A stretch of 64,000 bases of DNA from Thermoplasmata archaeon (GTDB lineage Archaea > Thermoplasmatota > E2 > JACPAO01 > JAHFTW01), in NCBI GenBank assembly GCA_034667725.1, contig JAXDQS010000003.1, forward strand, positions 576,001 to 640,000, given 5' to 3'. A model generated the notes under the pieces. That model had not been told where the DNA came from, did no database searches, and was given only the letters and a program-made list of their open reading frames with translations. Shown here piece by piece: positions 14,321 to 24,471 of the stretch. How positions within the stretch are numbered: the stretch's first letter is position 1; every line of letters starts with the position of its first letter. The translations under genes and the position numbers were made by a program.

Positions 14321-17300
14321 TCAAGGCTTCACCTCGACCTGGACCATGCTGGCCATCACGTCGCTCAGGGTGGTCTCCTTGGATTTCTGCGGCTTCGGCT
14401 TGGTGGCGACCTTCTGCTTGGCGCCGCTCGGGGCCGCCGGCGCGGTGGGGTCGGGCGTGGTGGCCTCGCCGTCGGCGCCGTCCATCGGGGAGCCGGCCCC
14501 GCCCTTCGGCTTGTCCTCGTCCCGGAGGGTGTCGATGTCGAAGTGGGCGATGATCTCCGACTGGCCCGGCGACTGCTGGGTGACGCCGTAGATGTGGCTC
14601 GCTTCCTTGAGGGTGATCTTGCGCAGGCTCACCACGATGAACTGGGCGAAGCGCGACGTGTCCTTGACCATCTTCGCGAGCAACTCGGAGTTGACGGCGT
14701 CGAGGTTCTGGTCGACCTCGTCGAAGTAGTAGAACGGGCTCGGCTCGTGGCGCTGGATGGCGAAGATGAACGCCATCGAGGTGAGCGACTTCTCGCCGCC
14801 GGACAGGGCATCGATGCGCAGCACCTTCTTGCCCATGGGCTGGGCCTTGAGGATGAGGCCGCCCGCAAACGGCTCCTCGGGGTTCTCCAGCTCCATGTGC
14901 GCGTGGCCGCCCAGCGTGAGCTGCGCGTACACTTGCGTGAACTGCTCGTTGACGGCGTGGAACACTTCCATGAGCGCCGCCTTCTTGTTGCGGGTGATCT
15001 CGGTGACGAGCGTCTCCAGCTCGCCGCGCTGCGTCTCGAGCCGGGCGACCTCGCCGCGCAGGTCCGCTTGCCGCTTCGCCTGCGTCTCGTACTGCTCCAG
15101 CGCCGTCATGTTGACGGGGCCGAGGCGGTCGAGCGCCTGCTCGGCGTTGCGGGCCTCGCGCTTGAGGTCCTCGATGGGTGCCACCTCCTCGCCGGGCGCC
15201 ACCGTGACGCCGGACGAGGCCAGCTCGACGGCGGCCTCGCCGTAGACCTCCTCCAGCGACGGCAGCTTGGCGCGGAAGTTGGCGATGAGGCCGAACTTGG
15301 TCTCCATCTGGTCGGCGACCTTGTCCATCTTGCCCTTGAGGTCGGTCAGGAGCTTGTAGGTGGAGTCGCGCGCGTCCTGGATGCCCTTGAGGTTCCCGGT
15401 CGCCTTCTTCTCCATCTTCATGAGCGCCTCGACCTCGGCCTGGGCCTTGCCGTAGGCGGCGGCCATCTCCTTGAGGCTGGCGTGCAGCTTCGTCTCGCTG
15501 CCGGCGCCGCCGTCCAGCTTGGCGGCGACCTCGGCGCGGCGGGCCTCGACCAGCGCCAGTTGCGTGGCCGCGACGCTCGCGTTGCCCTCGGCCTTCAGCG
15601 TGGCCTCCGTGAGGGCGCGGACTTCGGCGTCGAGCGCCTCGATGCGCTCCCGCAGGTCCTTGCGCGAGCCCTTGAGCAAGAGCTGGCCCTTCTCCTGGCG
15701 CAGCGCCTCCAGCTCGGCCAGCCGCTTGGCGTGGCCCTCGATGGCGGCGCCCGCCTTCGCGGCCTCGGCCTCCGCCGCCTCGCGTTGCGCGGCGAGCGCC
15801 TCGGCCTCCTTGCCGATGGCCCCGAGCCGCTCGTCGAGGAACGCGACCTTGCGCTCCAGCTCCTTCAGGCGCTCCTCCGAGGTGGCGTCCTGCGCGCCCT
15901 CGGCGGCCAGGCGCGTCTGGAGGTCGGCCAGCTCCTTGGCGGCGTCGGCAGCCTTGGAGGCGGCGTCGGCCTGCGCGGCCTCGGCGCCGGCGACCTCGCC
16001 CATGATCTCGTCCATGCGGCCGCGGTCGGCGTTGGTGAACGCGATGGCGTCGTCGCCCTTGCCCTTGGCGTGCTTGCCGCCCACCATGGCGCCCGACTTC
16101 TCGAACAGCTCGCCGTCGAGGCTGACGATGCGGACGCCGCCCATCATGCGGCGGCCCGTCGCCATCGTGTCCGCCACCAGGGTGTCCTGGAACACGTGCC
16201 AGAAGGCGTTCTGGTAGCGGGGGTTGAACTCGATGAGGTCGAGGGCGAAGCCGAGGCAGCCCTGCTCCTTGACCTTCATGAGCGACTGGCCCGACGGGCG
16301 GCCGGGGACCATCTTGTTGAGCGGCAGCAGCGTGACGCGGCCCGACTGCTTGCGCTTGACGAGGTCGATGCACTGGGCGGCGACCGCGTCGTCCTCGACC
16401 ACGACGGCGGTGAGGCGGCCGGCGGCGGCGATCTGCATGGCCTCCTGGTGCTTCGGGTCCACCTTGGCCAGCTCGGCGACGGTGCCGATGATGCCCTTGA
16501 TGTCGCGGCCGTCGCGGGCGGCCAGGACGTCCTGGACGGCGCGGCCGTAGCCGCCTTGGGCGCGGGCGGCGGCCTCCTCGTTGGCGCGCAGGTCGGCGAG
16601 GTCGCGCTGGAGGCGCCGGATGCGGGCCTCCAGCTCCTCGGCCTGGCGCATGCATTCGGACTGGGTCTTGCGGAGCTCGAAGGCGCGCTTCTCCAGCTCC
16701 TTGCGGTTCTTGCCGGAGCCGCCGGCAGTCTTCTGGAGCTCCTTGAGGCTCCATGAGGATTCCTTGTGGTCGGCCTCGACGGCCTTGCGGGTGGCGGCCA
16801 GCTCGGATTCGGCGACGTCGAGGCTCCGCAGCTTCTCGGCGGCGCGGTCGGCCTCCAGCTTGGCCTCGTGCGACTCGGTCTGCCGGGCCTCGAACTCGAC
16901 CTTGAGCTGCGACAGCTCGCGGTTGAGGGCCATGGCGTTGGAGTCGCCGCGGCTTGCGACCTCGCGGGCGGCGTCCAAGTCCTTGCGGCGAGCCGCCAGG
17001 TCGGCGTTGGCTTTCTGGTGGGCGGCACTCCACTCGGCCTGGGCCTTGCGGGTCTTCTCCAATTCCTTCTCGATGCGCCGGAGGTCGTCCGCGAGGGGCT
17101 GGGCGGCCTCCTTGGCCGTCTGCAGCTCGCCCTTGGCGAAGTTCATCTTCTCTTCCAGGCGGACCATCTGGTCGCGCGCCTGCTTGATGCGCTCCTGGAG
17201 CTTCTGCACTTCCTCGCCGCCCTCGGCGCGCAGCTTGGCCTCCAGCTCGGCGTACTTGGCCTGCGCCTCGCCGAACTTGGCGCGCATGGCCTCGAGCTCG

Positions 17301-18103
17301 CGGCCGGACTCCTCGCGGCTCTTGGTGACGGACTCCATGTCGGCGCGGACCTTGGCGATCTGGGCGGCGGCGTCCTCGCGGCGGCGCCAGGCCATGAGGC
17401 CCTTGAGGCGCTTGACGGACTCGGTGAGCTCGCGCCACTTGGCGGCACTCGCCTTCTCCTTCTCGAGCTGCGCCATCGAGCGGCCGATCTCGTCGAGGAC
17501 GATGCCGATGCGCTCCAGGTTGGCGCCGACCTCGCCCTTGCGGACGTCGGCGGCGGCGATGTCCTTGTCGAAGGTGGTCACACCGGCGATGTCGTCGAGG
17601 ATTTTGCGGCGGTCGCCGTTGGACATGGTGCAGATGCGCAGCACGTCGCCCTGCTGGGTGATGTTGTAGCCGTCCGCGGAGATGCGGGCGTGCGTCAGCA
17701 GGTCGATGAACTCCTTCTTCTGGCTGGCGCGGCCGTTGACGTAGAAGTAGCTGGAGTAGCCGTCGGGGTCGTCGTCGCGCGGGGTGAGCTTGACGCGGCG
17801 GGTGAGGGTGACCGTGTCGGAGTCCACCGGCATGGTGCGGTCGGCGTTGTCGAACACCAGCGAGACGACGCAGTGGTCGGCGCCCTTGCCCTTCTCGCCG
17901 CCGTTGAAGATGAGGTCCGAGAGGCGGCCGGCGCGGATGGCGCGGGGCGAGTTGGGGCCGAGGACGAACAGGATGGCGTCGCCGATGTTCGACTTGCCCG
18001 AGCCGTTGGGCCCCGTGATCGCCGTGAAGCCGGGCTCGAACGGCACCGTGATGCGCCGGCCGAACGACTTGAAGTTCTCCATCTGGACTTCGCGCAGGTG
18101 CAT
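14321..18103 (-). CDS. smc: Chromosome segregation protein SMC
   Basis: NFKSF, GPNGSGKSNI, coiled coils, hinge (GRVTLLPL, GAMVGG), LSGGEKSL, FDEVD; start at ATG 18103. Confidence 0.97.
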   Translation of the reverse strand: MHLREVQMENFKSFGRRITVPFEPGFTAITGPNGSGKSNIGDAILFVLGPNSPRAIRAGRLSDLIFNGGEKGKGADHCVVSLVFDNADRTMPVDSDTVTLTRRVKLTPRDDDPDGYSSYFYVNGRASQKKEFIDLLTHARISADGYNITQQGDVLRICTMSNGDRRKILDDIAGVTTFDKDIAAADVRKGEVGANLERIGIVLDEIGRSMAQLEKEKASAAKWRELTESVKRLKGLMAWRRREDAAAQIAKVRADMESVTKSREESGRELEAMRAKFGEAQAKYAELEAKLRAEGGEEVQKLQERIKQARDQMVRLEEKMNFAKGELQTAKEAAQPLADDLRRIEKELEKTRKAQAEWSAAHQKANADLAARRKDLDAAREVASRGDSNAMALNRELSQLKVEFEARQTESHEAKLEADRAAEKLRSLDVAESELAATRKAVEADHKESSWSLKELQKTAGGSGKNRKELEKRAFELRKTQSECMRQAEELEARIRRLQRDLADLRANEEAAARAQGGYGRAVQDVLAARDGRDIKGIIGTVAELAKVDPKHQEAMQIAAAGRLTAVVVEDDAVAAQCIDLVKRKQSGRVTLLPLNKMVPGRPSGQSLMKVKEQGCLGFALDLIEFNPRYQNAFWHVFQDTLVADTMATGRRMMGGVRIVSLDGELFEKSGAMVGGKHAKGKGDDAIAFTNADRGRMDEIMGEVAGAEAAQADAASKAADAAKELADLQTRLAAEGAQDATSEERLKELERKVAFLDERLGAIGKEAEALAAQREAAEAEAAKAGAAIEGHAKRLAELEALRQEKGQLLLKGSRKDLRERIEALDAEVRALTEATLKAEGNASVAATQLALVEARRAEVAAKLDGGAGSETKLHASLKEMAAAYGKAQAEVEALMKMEKKATGNLKGIQDARDSTYKLLTDLKGKMDKVADQMETKFGLIANFRAKLPSLEEVYGEAAVELASSGVTVAPGEEVAPIEDLKREARNAEQALDRLGPVNMTALEQYETQAKRQADLRGEVARLETQRGELETLVTEITRNKKAALMEVFHAVNEQFTQVYAQLTLGGHAHMELENPEEPFAGGLILKAQPMGKKVLRIDALSGGEKSLTSMAFIFAIQRHEPSPFYYFDEVDQNLDAVNSELLAKMVKDTSRFAQFIVVSLRKITLKEASHIYGVTQQSPGQSEIIAHFDIDTLRDEDKPKGGAGSPMDGADGEATTPDPTAPAAPSGAKQKVATKPKPQKSKETTLSDVMASMVQVEVKP

Positions 18104-18374
18104 CGCTATCGGACCCGGGTCAGGCAGCGCTCGCGCAGGGGCCCACGCTGGAGCCATGGCTTTGCGAGTGCATCCCTTCCCGAGGCTCCCGAGCCTGGCG
18201 TTCGGGTATAAGTCTTGGCAGAAAACCTCGATTTCCGGTGGAGGTCCAGCAAGCCTTGACGGGAGGATTGTGAACAGGTCTGGTGCTTGTTGCCGCGACC
18301 CCAAAAGCGGCATGAGGCTGGCGGCGGCAGACGGAAAGCGCAGCCTCTTGGCCTGCCTGCGGCTCGCCGCCTTC

Positions 18375-19022
18375 ATGCGCCTGGTTCGCGCCGCGACCGT
18401 CGCCGCCCTGGTCCTCGTGGCCGGCTGCTCGGCCCCTTCCGCCCCCGCCCCGACCTCCTCCACGACGCAGCAGCCGGAGTGGGCCTGGATGGGCTACGAC
18501 CTGCGGCAATGCGAGCAGCCGATGTGGGCCGACGCCCCGCCGGCCGACCACGCCGAGGCGGTGCGCATGGCGCGCGAGCATTACGCCGCAAAGGGCGCCC
18601 GCGTCACCGACGGCCGCTTCACCGATGCCGGCGGCGTCTATCCGGCCGTGTGCGGCGGCCCCACCGGCCAGCGCGTCCACCTCAACGTCACCGGCGACGC
18701 GACGGCGCTTTCCAAGGACGGCTGGACCACGGACACGCCGGCCTGGTTCCGCTACACCTTCCAGCAGTGCCAGCAGCCGGTGTGGAGCCCGGCGCCGCCG
18801 ACCAATGGCGACACCCAGGACGCATGGGTCGAGCAGGCGCGCGAGCATTACGAAGGCAAGGGCGTCCGCATCCTCGACGGCAAGTCCAGCTTCTCCGAGG
18901 CCAGCGGCGCACCCATGTGCGGGCAGCCCTCCAACTTCCACGTCCACCTCCAGCTCCCCCCCGCCGAGGACCCGACCCTCCTGGTGGCCGACGGGTGGGA
19001 GTGGCAGCGCGAGGCCGCGTAG
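18375..19022 (+). CDS. Lipoprotein with two internal ~90-aa repeats
   Basis: Lipobox LVAGC; repeated QCxQPxW...AREHYxxKGxR...CGxP...VHL...DGW. Confidence 0.75.
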   Translation: MRLVRAATVAALVLVAGCSAPSAPAPTSSTTQQPEWAWMGYDLRQCEQPMWADAPPADHAEAVRMAREHYAAKGARVTDGRFTDAGGVYPAVCGGPTGQRVHLNVTGDATALSKDGWTTDTPAWFRYTFQQCQQPVWSPAPPTNGDTQDAWVEQAREHYEGKGVRILDGKSSFSEASGAPMCGQPSNFHVHLQLPPAEDPTLLVADGWEWQREAA

Positions 19023-19025
19023 GCC

Positions 19026-19577
19026 ATGTTCCTGAAGCCGGACGACGGCCCCGACGTCACCTACGAGTTCTTTGCCCCCTTCGCGCACGTGCCCGGCCGC
19101 TACGAGTGGTGCCGGATCCGCAGCCCGACCCACGGCGTGTTCGACTGCTTCATCCTCCTGGGCGCCAGCACCGCGCACCCTGCCACCGTGTACGTCAACT
19201 CCGTGATGGGGCAGGCGTTCATGCGCGACCGCTACCCCGAGTGCACGACCGTCCGCGTCCCGCCGGGCAGCCTGCGCATCGCGGAGTCCCCCGACGGCCG
19301 TGCCGTGACGGGCGCCTTGCAGTCCGACGACGGCCCCGTCGCCGAGGCCGCCATGACGCTGCGCGCGCCGCCCGCCGCGATCCCCAAGGCGGTGCCGTAC
19401 GGCGGCGACGGCCAGCCGGTCTGGGGCGGCCGCTGGGCGTGTTGGGGCGTGGACCTCGCGCTGGAGGGCAGCTGCGACGGCGCCGTCGTGCGGCGCGACG
19501 GCAAGCGCGAGCTGCTGCGCGGGACGCCGTGCATCGTCACGCTAGGGTCGTTCGGCCGGCTGGCGCCGAGGCCATGA
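19026..19577 (+). CDS. Hypothetical protein
   Basis: Typical codon usage; starts 3 nt after the upstream stop. Confidence 0.65.
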   Translation: MFLKPDDGPDVTYEFFAPFAHVPGRYEWCRIRSPTHGVFDCFILLGASTAHPATVYVNSVMGQAFMRDRYPECTTVRVPPGSLRIAESPDGRAVTGALQSDDGPVAEAAMTLRAPPAAIPKAVPYGGDGQPVWGGRWACWGVDLALEGSCDGAVVRRDGKRELLRGTPCIVTLGSFGRLAPRP

Positions 19578-21165
19578 CCAGCGCCCGCGCCTCGTGCTGG
19601 TAGCGCAGCCACTCCTCCTCCTGCCGGGCCGCGTCCCAGCCGAGCAGGCCGGCCATCCACGCCAGGACGGCGCGGGCGGCGTCGGGGTTGCCGCGCGGGC
19701 CCAGGCCGAGCATGGTGCGGCGCAGCAGCACGTCGCCCAGGTGCGCCGCCTGCTCGCGGCGCACGGCGTAGGTGGCTTGGCAGGCGAGGTCCGGGAACGC
19801 CGGATGGAGGCGCTGGCGGGCCTCTGGGCGGTCGTCGCTCTCCAGCACGTCGCGCCAGCGGGCGCCGTAGAGGCCGACGAGGTGGCGGGCGGCGGCGGCG
19901 TCGAGGCCCGCGGCGGCCGCCTCCCGCAAGGCGACGGGCTCGAACTCGTCCCAGTCGCCGGGCGGGCCGCCGGGGTAGGGGCGCTTTCGGGTCGGGTGCT
20001 CCAGGCGGGCCTTGTGGCCGAGGCTGGCGGCGATGCGGTCCACGCATTCCTCCGCCAGGGCGCGGGCGGTGGTGATCTTGCCGCCTTGCAGGGTCCAGAG
20101 GCCGTCGACGCCGTCGCGGGCGGCGTGCTCGTAGAGGACGTGGCGGCGCGTGACATTCGACTCGGTGACGCCGGGCTGGTTGACGAGGGCGCGGACGCCG
20201 GCGTAGGTGTAGCGCACCTCCTCCACGGGGGCGTCGGGGAAGTAGCGGCGGGCCTCGGCGGCGAGGTACGCGACCTCCTCGGCGTTGGCGACGGCGTCGC
20301 GGGGGTCGCCCTCGAAGTCGGTGTCGGTGGTGCCGAGGATGCACTGGCCTTGCCACGGCAGGATGAACATGGTGCGGCCGTCGCGGGCGCCGCGGGCCAG
20401 GACGGCGGTCGGCGTGAAGGCGGGCACGACGACGTGGATGCCCTTGGTCTTGCGGACCTTCGGCGGGTGGCCCTCCGCAAGCGGGCCGAGCACGTCGTCC
20501 ACCCAGCAGCCGGCCGCGTTGACGACGGCGCGCGCCAGGATGTGCTCCTGGGGGCCCGACTCGGGCTGCACCACGGCGCCTTGGACCCGGCGGCGGCCTT
20601 CGGTGTGCTCGAACAGCAGGTACTCGACGCGGGTGTGGTTGCGGGCGACGGCGCCGTGGGCGCGCGCGTCCGCGACCATCTCGGCCACGAGGCGCCCGAC
20701 GTGCTGGATCTGGGCGTCGTAGAACACGCTGGCGCCGGCGAGGCCGGCGGGGTTGAGGCCAGGCGCCTCGGCGAGGGCGTCGGCGCGACGCAGGTACTTG
20801 CGGCGGGGCAGCGACTTGCGCGGCGACAGCACGTCGTAGAGCCAGAGGCCCATGCGGACGGTGCGGCGGGCGGCGATGTGCGGGTAGAGCGGGTAGAGGA
20901 ACCGCAGCGGCTTCACCAGGTGCGGCGCGTGCTTCAGCAGCCGCTCGCGCTCGGACAGCGCCTCGTGGACGAGGCCGAACTCCAGTTGCTCCAGGTAGCG
21001 CAGGCCGCCGTGGGCCAGCTTGGAGGACTTGGCGCTGGTGCCGCCGCCCCAGTCGTCCATCTCGACGATGCAGACCGACAGGCCCCGGAGGGCCGCGTCG
21101 CGGGCGATGGCGGCGCCGTTGATGCCTCCCCCGACCACCAGGAGGTCGAACGTCGGCGCGGCCAC
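19537..21165 (-). CDS. glpD: FAD-dependent glycerol-3-phosphate dehydrogenase/oxidase
   Basis: VVGGGINGA, GTSAKSSKLAHGGLRYLE, NAAG, GTTD, GGKITT, LLRRT; probable GTG start. Confidence 0.88.
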   Translation of the reverse strand: MAAPTFDLLVVGGGINGAAIARDAALRGLSVCIVEMDDWGGGTSAKSSKLAHGGLRYLEQLEFGLVHEALSERERLLKHAPHLVKPLRFLYPLYPHIAARRTVRMGLWLYDVLSPRKSLPRRKYLRRADALAEAPGLNPAGLAGASVFYDAQIQHVGRLVAEMVADARAHGAVARNHTRVEYLLFEHTEGRRRVQGAVVQPESGPQEHILARAVVNAAGCWVDDVLGPLAEGHPPKVRKTKGIHVVVPAFTPTAVLARGARDGRTMFILPWQGQCILGTTDTDFEGDPRDAVANAEEVAYLAAEARRYFPDAPVEEVRYTYAGVRALVNQPGVTESNVTRRHVLYEHAARDGVDGLWTLQGGKITTARALAEECVDRIAASLGHKARLEHPTRKRPYPGGPPGDWDEFEPVALREAAAAGLDAAAARHLVGLYGARWRDVLESDDRPEARQRLHPAFPDLACQATYAVRREQAAHLGDVLLRRTMLGLGPRGNPDAARAVLAWMAGLLGWDAARQEEEWLRYQHEARALVMASAPAGRTTLA

Positions 21166-21187
21166 GGGCCTGGCAAGGGTGCCGCGG

Positions 21188-21616
21188 CTAAAGCGGCGGC
21201 GGTGCGGCGCAGACCGCGAGCGCGATGTCGCGCAGCCCAAGCGCAAGGCTGGTCAGTTCGTGGTCGGTGAGGGCGCCGATGTCCACGGCGGGGAACTTGG
21301 CGTCCTGGGCGAAGCCGTGGCGGGCCAGCTCGCCGCGCTCGTCGCACCAGTCGGCCCACGCCGCCTGCGACAGGCCGTGGGCCAGAAGGAGGGCGCGGGA
21401 CAGCTCCAGCCGCCGGGCTTGGAGGGTCGCGGCCGTGAAGCTGCGCCCGATGGGGTCGCGGGCCACGAGCCGGATGCTGAGGCGGCCGACCTGGAGCTCG
21501 CCGCCGGCGGCCTCCCAGGCGCGGGCCAGGGTGCGCACGCGGGTGGCGGTGGCCGGGTCGAGGCTGGCCAGGAACCGGGGCAGGCCCTCGGTTTCGTCGA
21601 CGGTCGCGAGGGTCAT
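21188..21616 (-). CDS. Hypothetical protein
   Basis: Fills the gap between glpD and the divergent HTH gene; ATG at 21616. Confidence 0.6.
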   Translation of the reverse strand: MTLATVDETEGLPRFLASLDPATATRVRTLARAWEAAGGELQVGRLSIRLVARDPIGRSFTAATLQARRLELSRALLLAHGLSQAAWADWCDERGELARHGFAQDAKFPAVDIGALTDHELTSLALGLRDIALAVCAAPPPL

Positions 21617-21740
21617 GCAGCGGGCCCATTGGAAGGCCTCTTGAAAGGCGTTGTTGCCAGTGCAGGGAACATCGATGCCTGCCGATGGGGGCCCGTGCGT
21701 TTGCCGAAACAGCTTTGGGGCGGCGGCGGATCGGCCCGCG

Positions 21741-22430
21741 TTGCAGGAACAGCTGCTGGAGAAGATGGCGGGGGAGATCACCCTCAGCAACCAGCCGGGG
21801 CCGACCATGCGCAAGTGGCGCGAGTCGTTCGGGGTCAGCCAAAGCGAGCTGGCCGCCCACCTCGAGGTCAACCCCAGCGTCGTGTCCGACTACGAGTCCG
21901 GCCGGCGGGCCTCCCCCGGCATCGCGACCGTGCGCCGCATCGTGGAGGCCCTCGTGGCCATGGACGTCGAGCGCGGCGGCCACGTCCTGGCCCGCTACCA
22001 GAGCCTCCTCAACCCGCTGGAGGGCATCCTGGGCATCGGGGAGTACCGCCGCACCGTGCCCGCCAGCGAGTTCGTGCGCCGCATCGACGGCCGGGTCCTC
22101 GTCACCGCCGGGCTGGCGGAGCGGGGCATCCAGGGCTACACCCTCATCGACTCCATCAAGGCCATCGCGAGCCTCAACGCCACCGACTACGTCCGCCTGT
22201 ACGGCTGGAACACCCAGCGCGCCCTCTGCTTCACCGGCATCAAGTACGGCCGCAGCCCCATGATCGCCATCCGGGTCCACCCCATGAAGCCGGCCATGGT
22301 CGTCTACCACCGCCCCGAGGACGTCGACAAGCTGGCCTACCGGTTGGCCGAGGCCGAGCAGATCCCGCTGGTGGTGACCGAGCTGGAGATCCCCGAGCTG
22401 GAGGCGAGGCTGCGGGAGATGGTGGCGTAG
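21741..22430 (+). CDS. Archaeal XRE-type HTH transcriptional regulator (COG1709-like)
   Basis: MAGEITLS, MRKWRESF, SVVSDYESGRR, GRSPMIAIRV; start uncertain. Confidence 0.8.
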   Translation: MQEQLLEKMAGEITLSNQPGPTMRKWRESFGVSQSELAAHLEVNPSVVSDYESGRRASPGIATVRRIVEALVAMDVERGGHVLARYQSLLNPLEGILGIGEYRRTVPASEFVRRIDGRVLVTAGLAERGIQGYTLIDSIKAIASLNATDYVRLYGWNTQRALCFTGIKYGRSPMIAIRVHPMKPAMVVYHRPEDVDKLAYRLAEAEQIPLVVTELEIPELEARLREMVA

Positions 22431-22475
22431 CCCGTTGCCCAACCCTTAGTGCCCTGCGACGCGAGACTCCAAGCC

Positions 22476-22946
22476 ATGAAGGACACCCAGCGCTACAACA
22501 GGGAGAAGGACGAGCCCCGGATCGGGCCTGCCCGCATGTTCGCCATCGTCTTCGGCATCGCCTACCTCGCCGTCGCCCTCACCGAGGCCATCCTGGGCCT
22601 CACCGGCAACACCCTCATGGTCGGAGGCGTCCACGTCCTGGGCTTCACGCTCGCGCACAACCTCGTCCACTGGGCCACAGGCCTGCTCCTGGTCGGCGTG
22701 CTGGGCTTCGGCCGCTGGCCCACCAAACTGGCCTCCCGCGGCGTCGGCTTCGTGTTCTCGGCCGTGTTCCTGCTGGGCCTCCTGGCCCCCGAACTCCTGG
22801 GGACCGTGCTGGGCCACGGCGGCATGGTGCCGATGTCCTACAACATGATCCACCTCGCCACCGGCGGCCTCGGCCTGCTCGCGGGCTTCACCAGCCAAGC
22901 CCAGCCGTGGATGGTCCGCGGCGCCACCCACCACCGCCTCGCCTGA
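22476..22946 (+). CDS. Four-TM membrane protein (DUF4383-like)
   Basis: HNLVHWATG and NMIHLATG repeated His motifs. Confidence 0.7.
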   Translation: MKDTQRYNREKDEPRIGPARMFAIVFGIAYLAVALTEAILGLTGNTLMVGGVHVLGFTLAHNLVHWATGLLLVGVLGFGRWPTKLASRGVGFVFSAVFLLGLLAPELLGTVLGHGGMVPMSYNMIHLATGGLGLLAGFTSQAQPWMVRGATHHRLA

Positions 22947-22992
22947 AGCCCCGTCCTAGCGCCTATAAGATGCGGGCCCGTCCCGGCAACCG

Positions 22993-24471
22993 ATGGGAGC
23001 CGCCGAGGGCCAGGACAGGATCGCGGTGGACGTCGACCCCGCCGACAAGTTCGCGGACCACTGCGGCGTCGTCGGCATGGCGCTCGACACCGACGCCTCC
23101 AGCTACATCTACTACGCCCTCCAGGCGCTGCAGCACCGCGGCCAGGAGTCGTGCGGCATCACCACCCTCGACGGCCTGTACGAGCTGCGGACCCACAAGG
23201 CGATGGGCCTCGTCGACCAGGTGTTCGACCCGGACATCGTCAAGAAGCTGCGCGGCGCCGTCGGCATCGGCCACACCCGCTACTCCACCAGCGCCGGCAG
23301 CACCGAGGAGAACGCGCAGCCCCAGGTCGTCATGAGCGGCATGGGCGGCATCGCGCTGGCCCACAACGGCAACATCCCCAACACCGACGAGCTCATGGCC
23401 GAGCTGAAGGCCAAGGGTTGGGCGTTCTACTCCGGCAACGACACCGAGGTCGTCGTCCGCCTGCTAGCCAACAAGCTGGTCAAGCACAACGGCAACCACG
23501 TCGGCGCCATCCAGGAGACCATGGGCCGCCTCCAAGGCAGCTACGCCTTCGCGCTCTTGATCGGCAGCGAGCTCTACGGCGTCCGCGACCCCTGGGCCAT
23601 CAAGCCGCTCTGCATCGGCAAGTCGCCGCACGGCTACGTCATCGCAAGCGAGTCCGTCGCCCTCGACGCCGTCGGCGCCAAGTTCGTCCGCGACGTCGCC
23701 CCCGGCGAAGTGATCCGGGTCCGCAAGACCGGCGTCGACACCGTCGCCATGATGGCCGCCCCCAAGCCGGCGCGCTGCTTCTTCGAGTACGTCTACTTCG
23801 CCCGCCCCGACGCCTGGATGGACGGCCGGCTGAACCAGGAGGTCCGCAGCCGCATCGGCGGCATCCTGGCGCGCGAGAGCCCCGTCGACGCCGACATCGT
23901 CGTCCCCATCCCCGACTCCGGCCGCAGCCACGCCCAAGGCTACGCCGAGGCCGCCGGCATCCCCTACGTCGAGGCGCTCATGAAGAACCGGTACGTCCAC
24001 CGCACCTTCATCATGCCCAACCAGGAGACGCGGGAACTGAACGTGCGGCTCAAGCTCAACCCGATGCGGCATGTCCTGGAGGGCAAGCGCGTCATCCTCA
24101 TCGACGACTCGATCGTGCGCGGCACCACCATGAAGCGCATCGTCGACCGCGTCCGCGAGTCCGGCGCGAAAGAGGTGCACGTCCGAATCGGGTGCCCGCC
24201 CATCGTGGCGCCCTGCTACCTCGGCATCGACATGAACACCCGCGACCAGCTCGTGGCCGCCAACAAGACCGTTCCTGAGATTGCTGCAATGATCGGCGCG
24301 GACTCCCTGGCGTACATCAGCCAGCCCGGCCTGTTCGAGGCCTTGCAGTTCCCTGAGTCGGAGCTCTGCGTCGGCTGCATCACGGGAAGGTATCCGGTGC
24401 CCGTGGCCGGCGAGCACATGCGGGACGGGACGGCGGTGCCGGGGACGCCGCCCCGCCCCGAATGCTGTTAG
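22993..24471 (+). CDS. purF: Amidophosphoribosyltransferase
   Basis: CGVVG, QHRGQES, GHTRYST, AHNGNI, FEYVYFARPD, DDSIVRGTT, FeS cysteines. Confidence 0.96.
   Translation: MGAAEGQDRIAVDVDPADKFADHCGVVGMALDTDASSYIYYALQALQHRGQESCGITTLDGLYELRTHKAMGLVDQVFDPDIVKKLRGAVGIGHTRYSTSAGSTEENAQPQVVMSGMGGIALAHNGNIPNTDELMAELKAKGWAFYSGNDTEVVVRLLANKLVKHNGNHVGAIQETMGRLQGSYAFALLIGSELYGVRDPWAIKPLCIGKSPHGYVIASESVALDAVGAKFVRDVAPGEVIRVRKTGVDTVAMMAAPKPARCFFEYVYFARPDAWMDGRLNQEVRSRIGGILARESPVDADIVVPIPDSGRSHAQGYAEAAGIPYVEALMKNRYVHRTFIMPNQETRELNVRLKLNPMRHVLEGKRVILIDDSIVRGTTMKRIVDRVRESGAKEVHVRIGCPPIVAPCYLGIDMNTRDQLVAANKTVPEIAAMIGADSLAYISQPGLFEALQFPESELCVGCITGRYPVPVAGEHMRDGTAVPGTPPRPECC

Noticed and set aside
14235-17438. 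Very long alternative-frame and antisense ORFs throughout the window
   Set aside because: Arg/Pro/Gly-rich or mirror translations expected at this GC content
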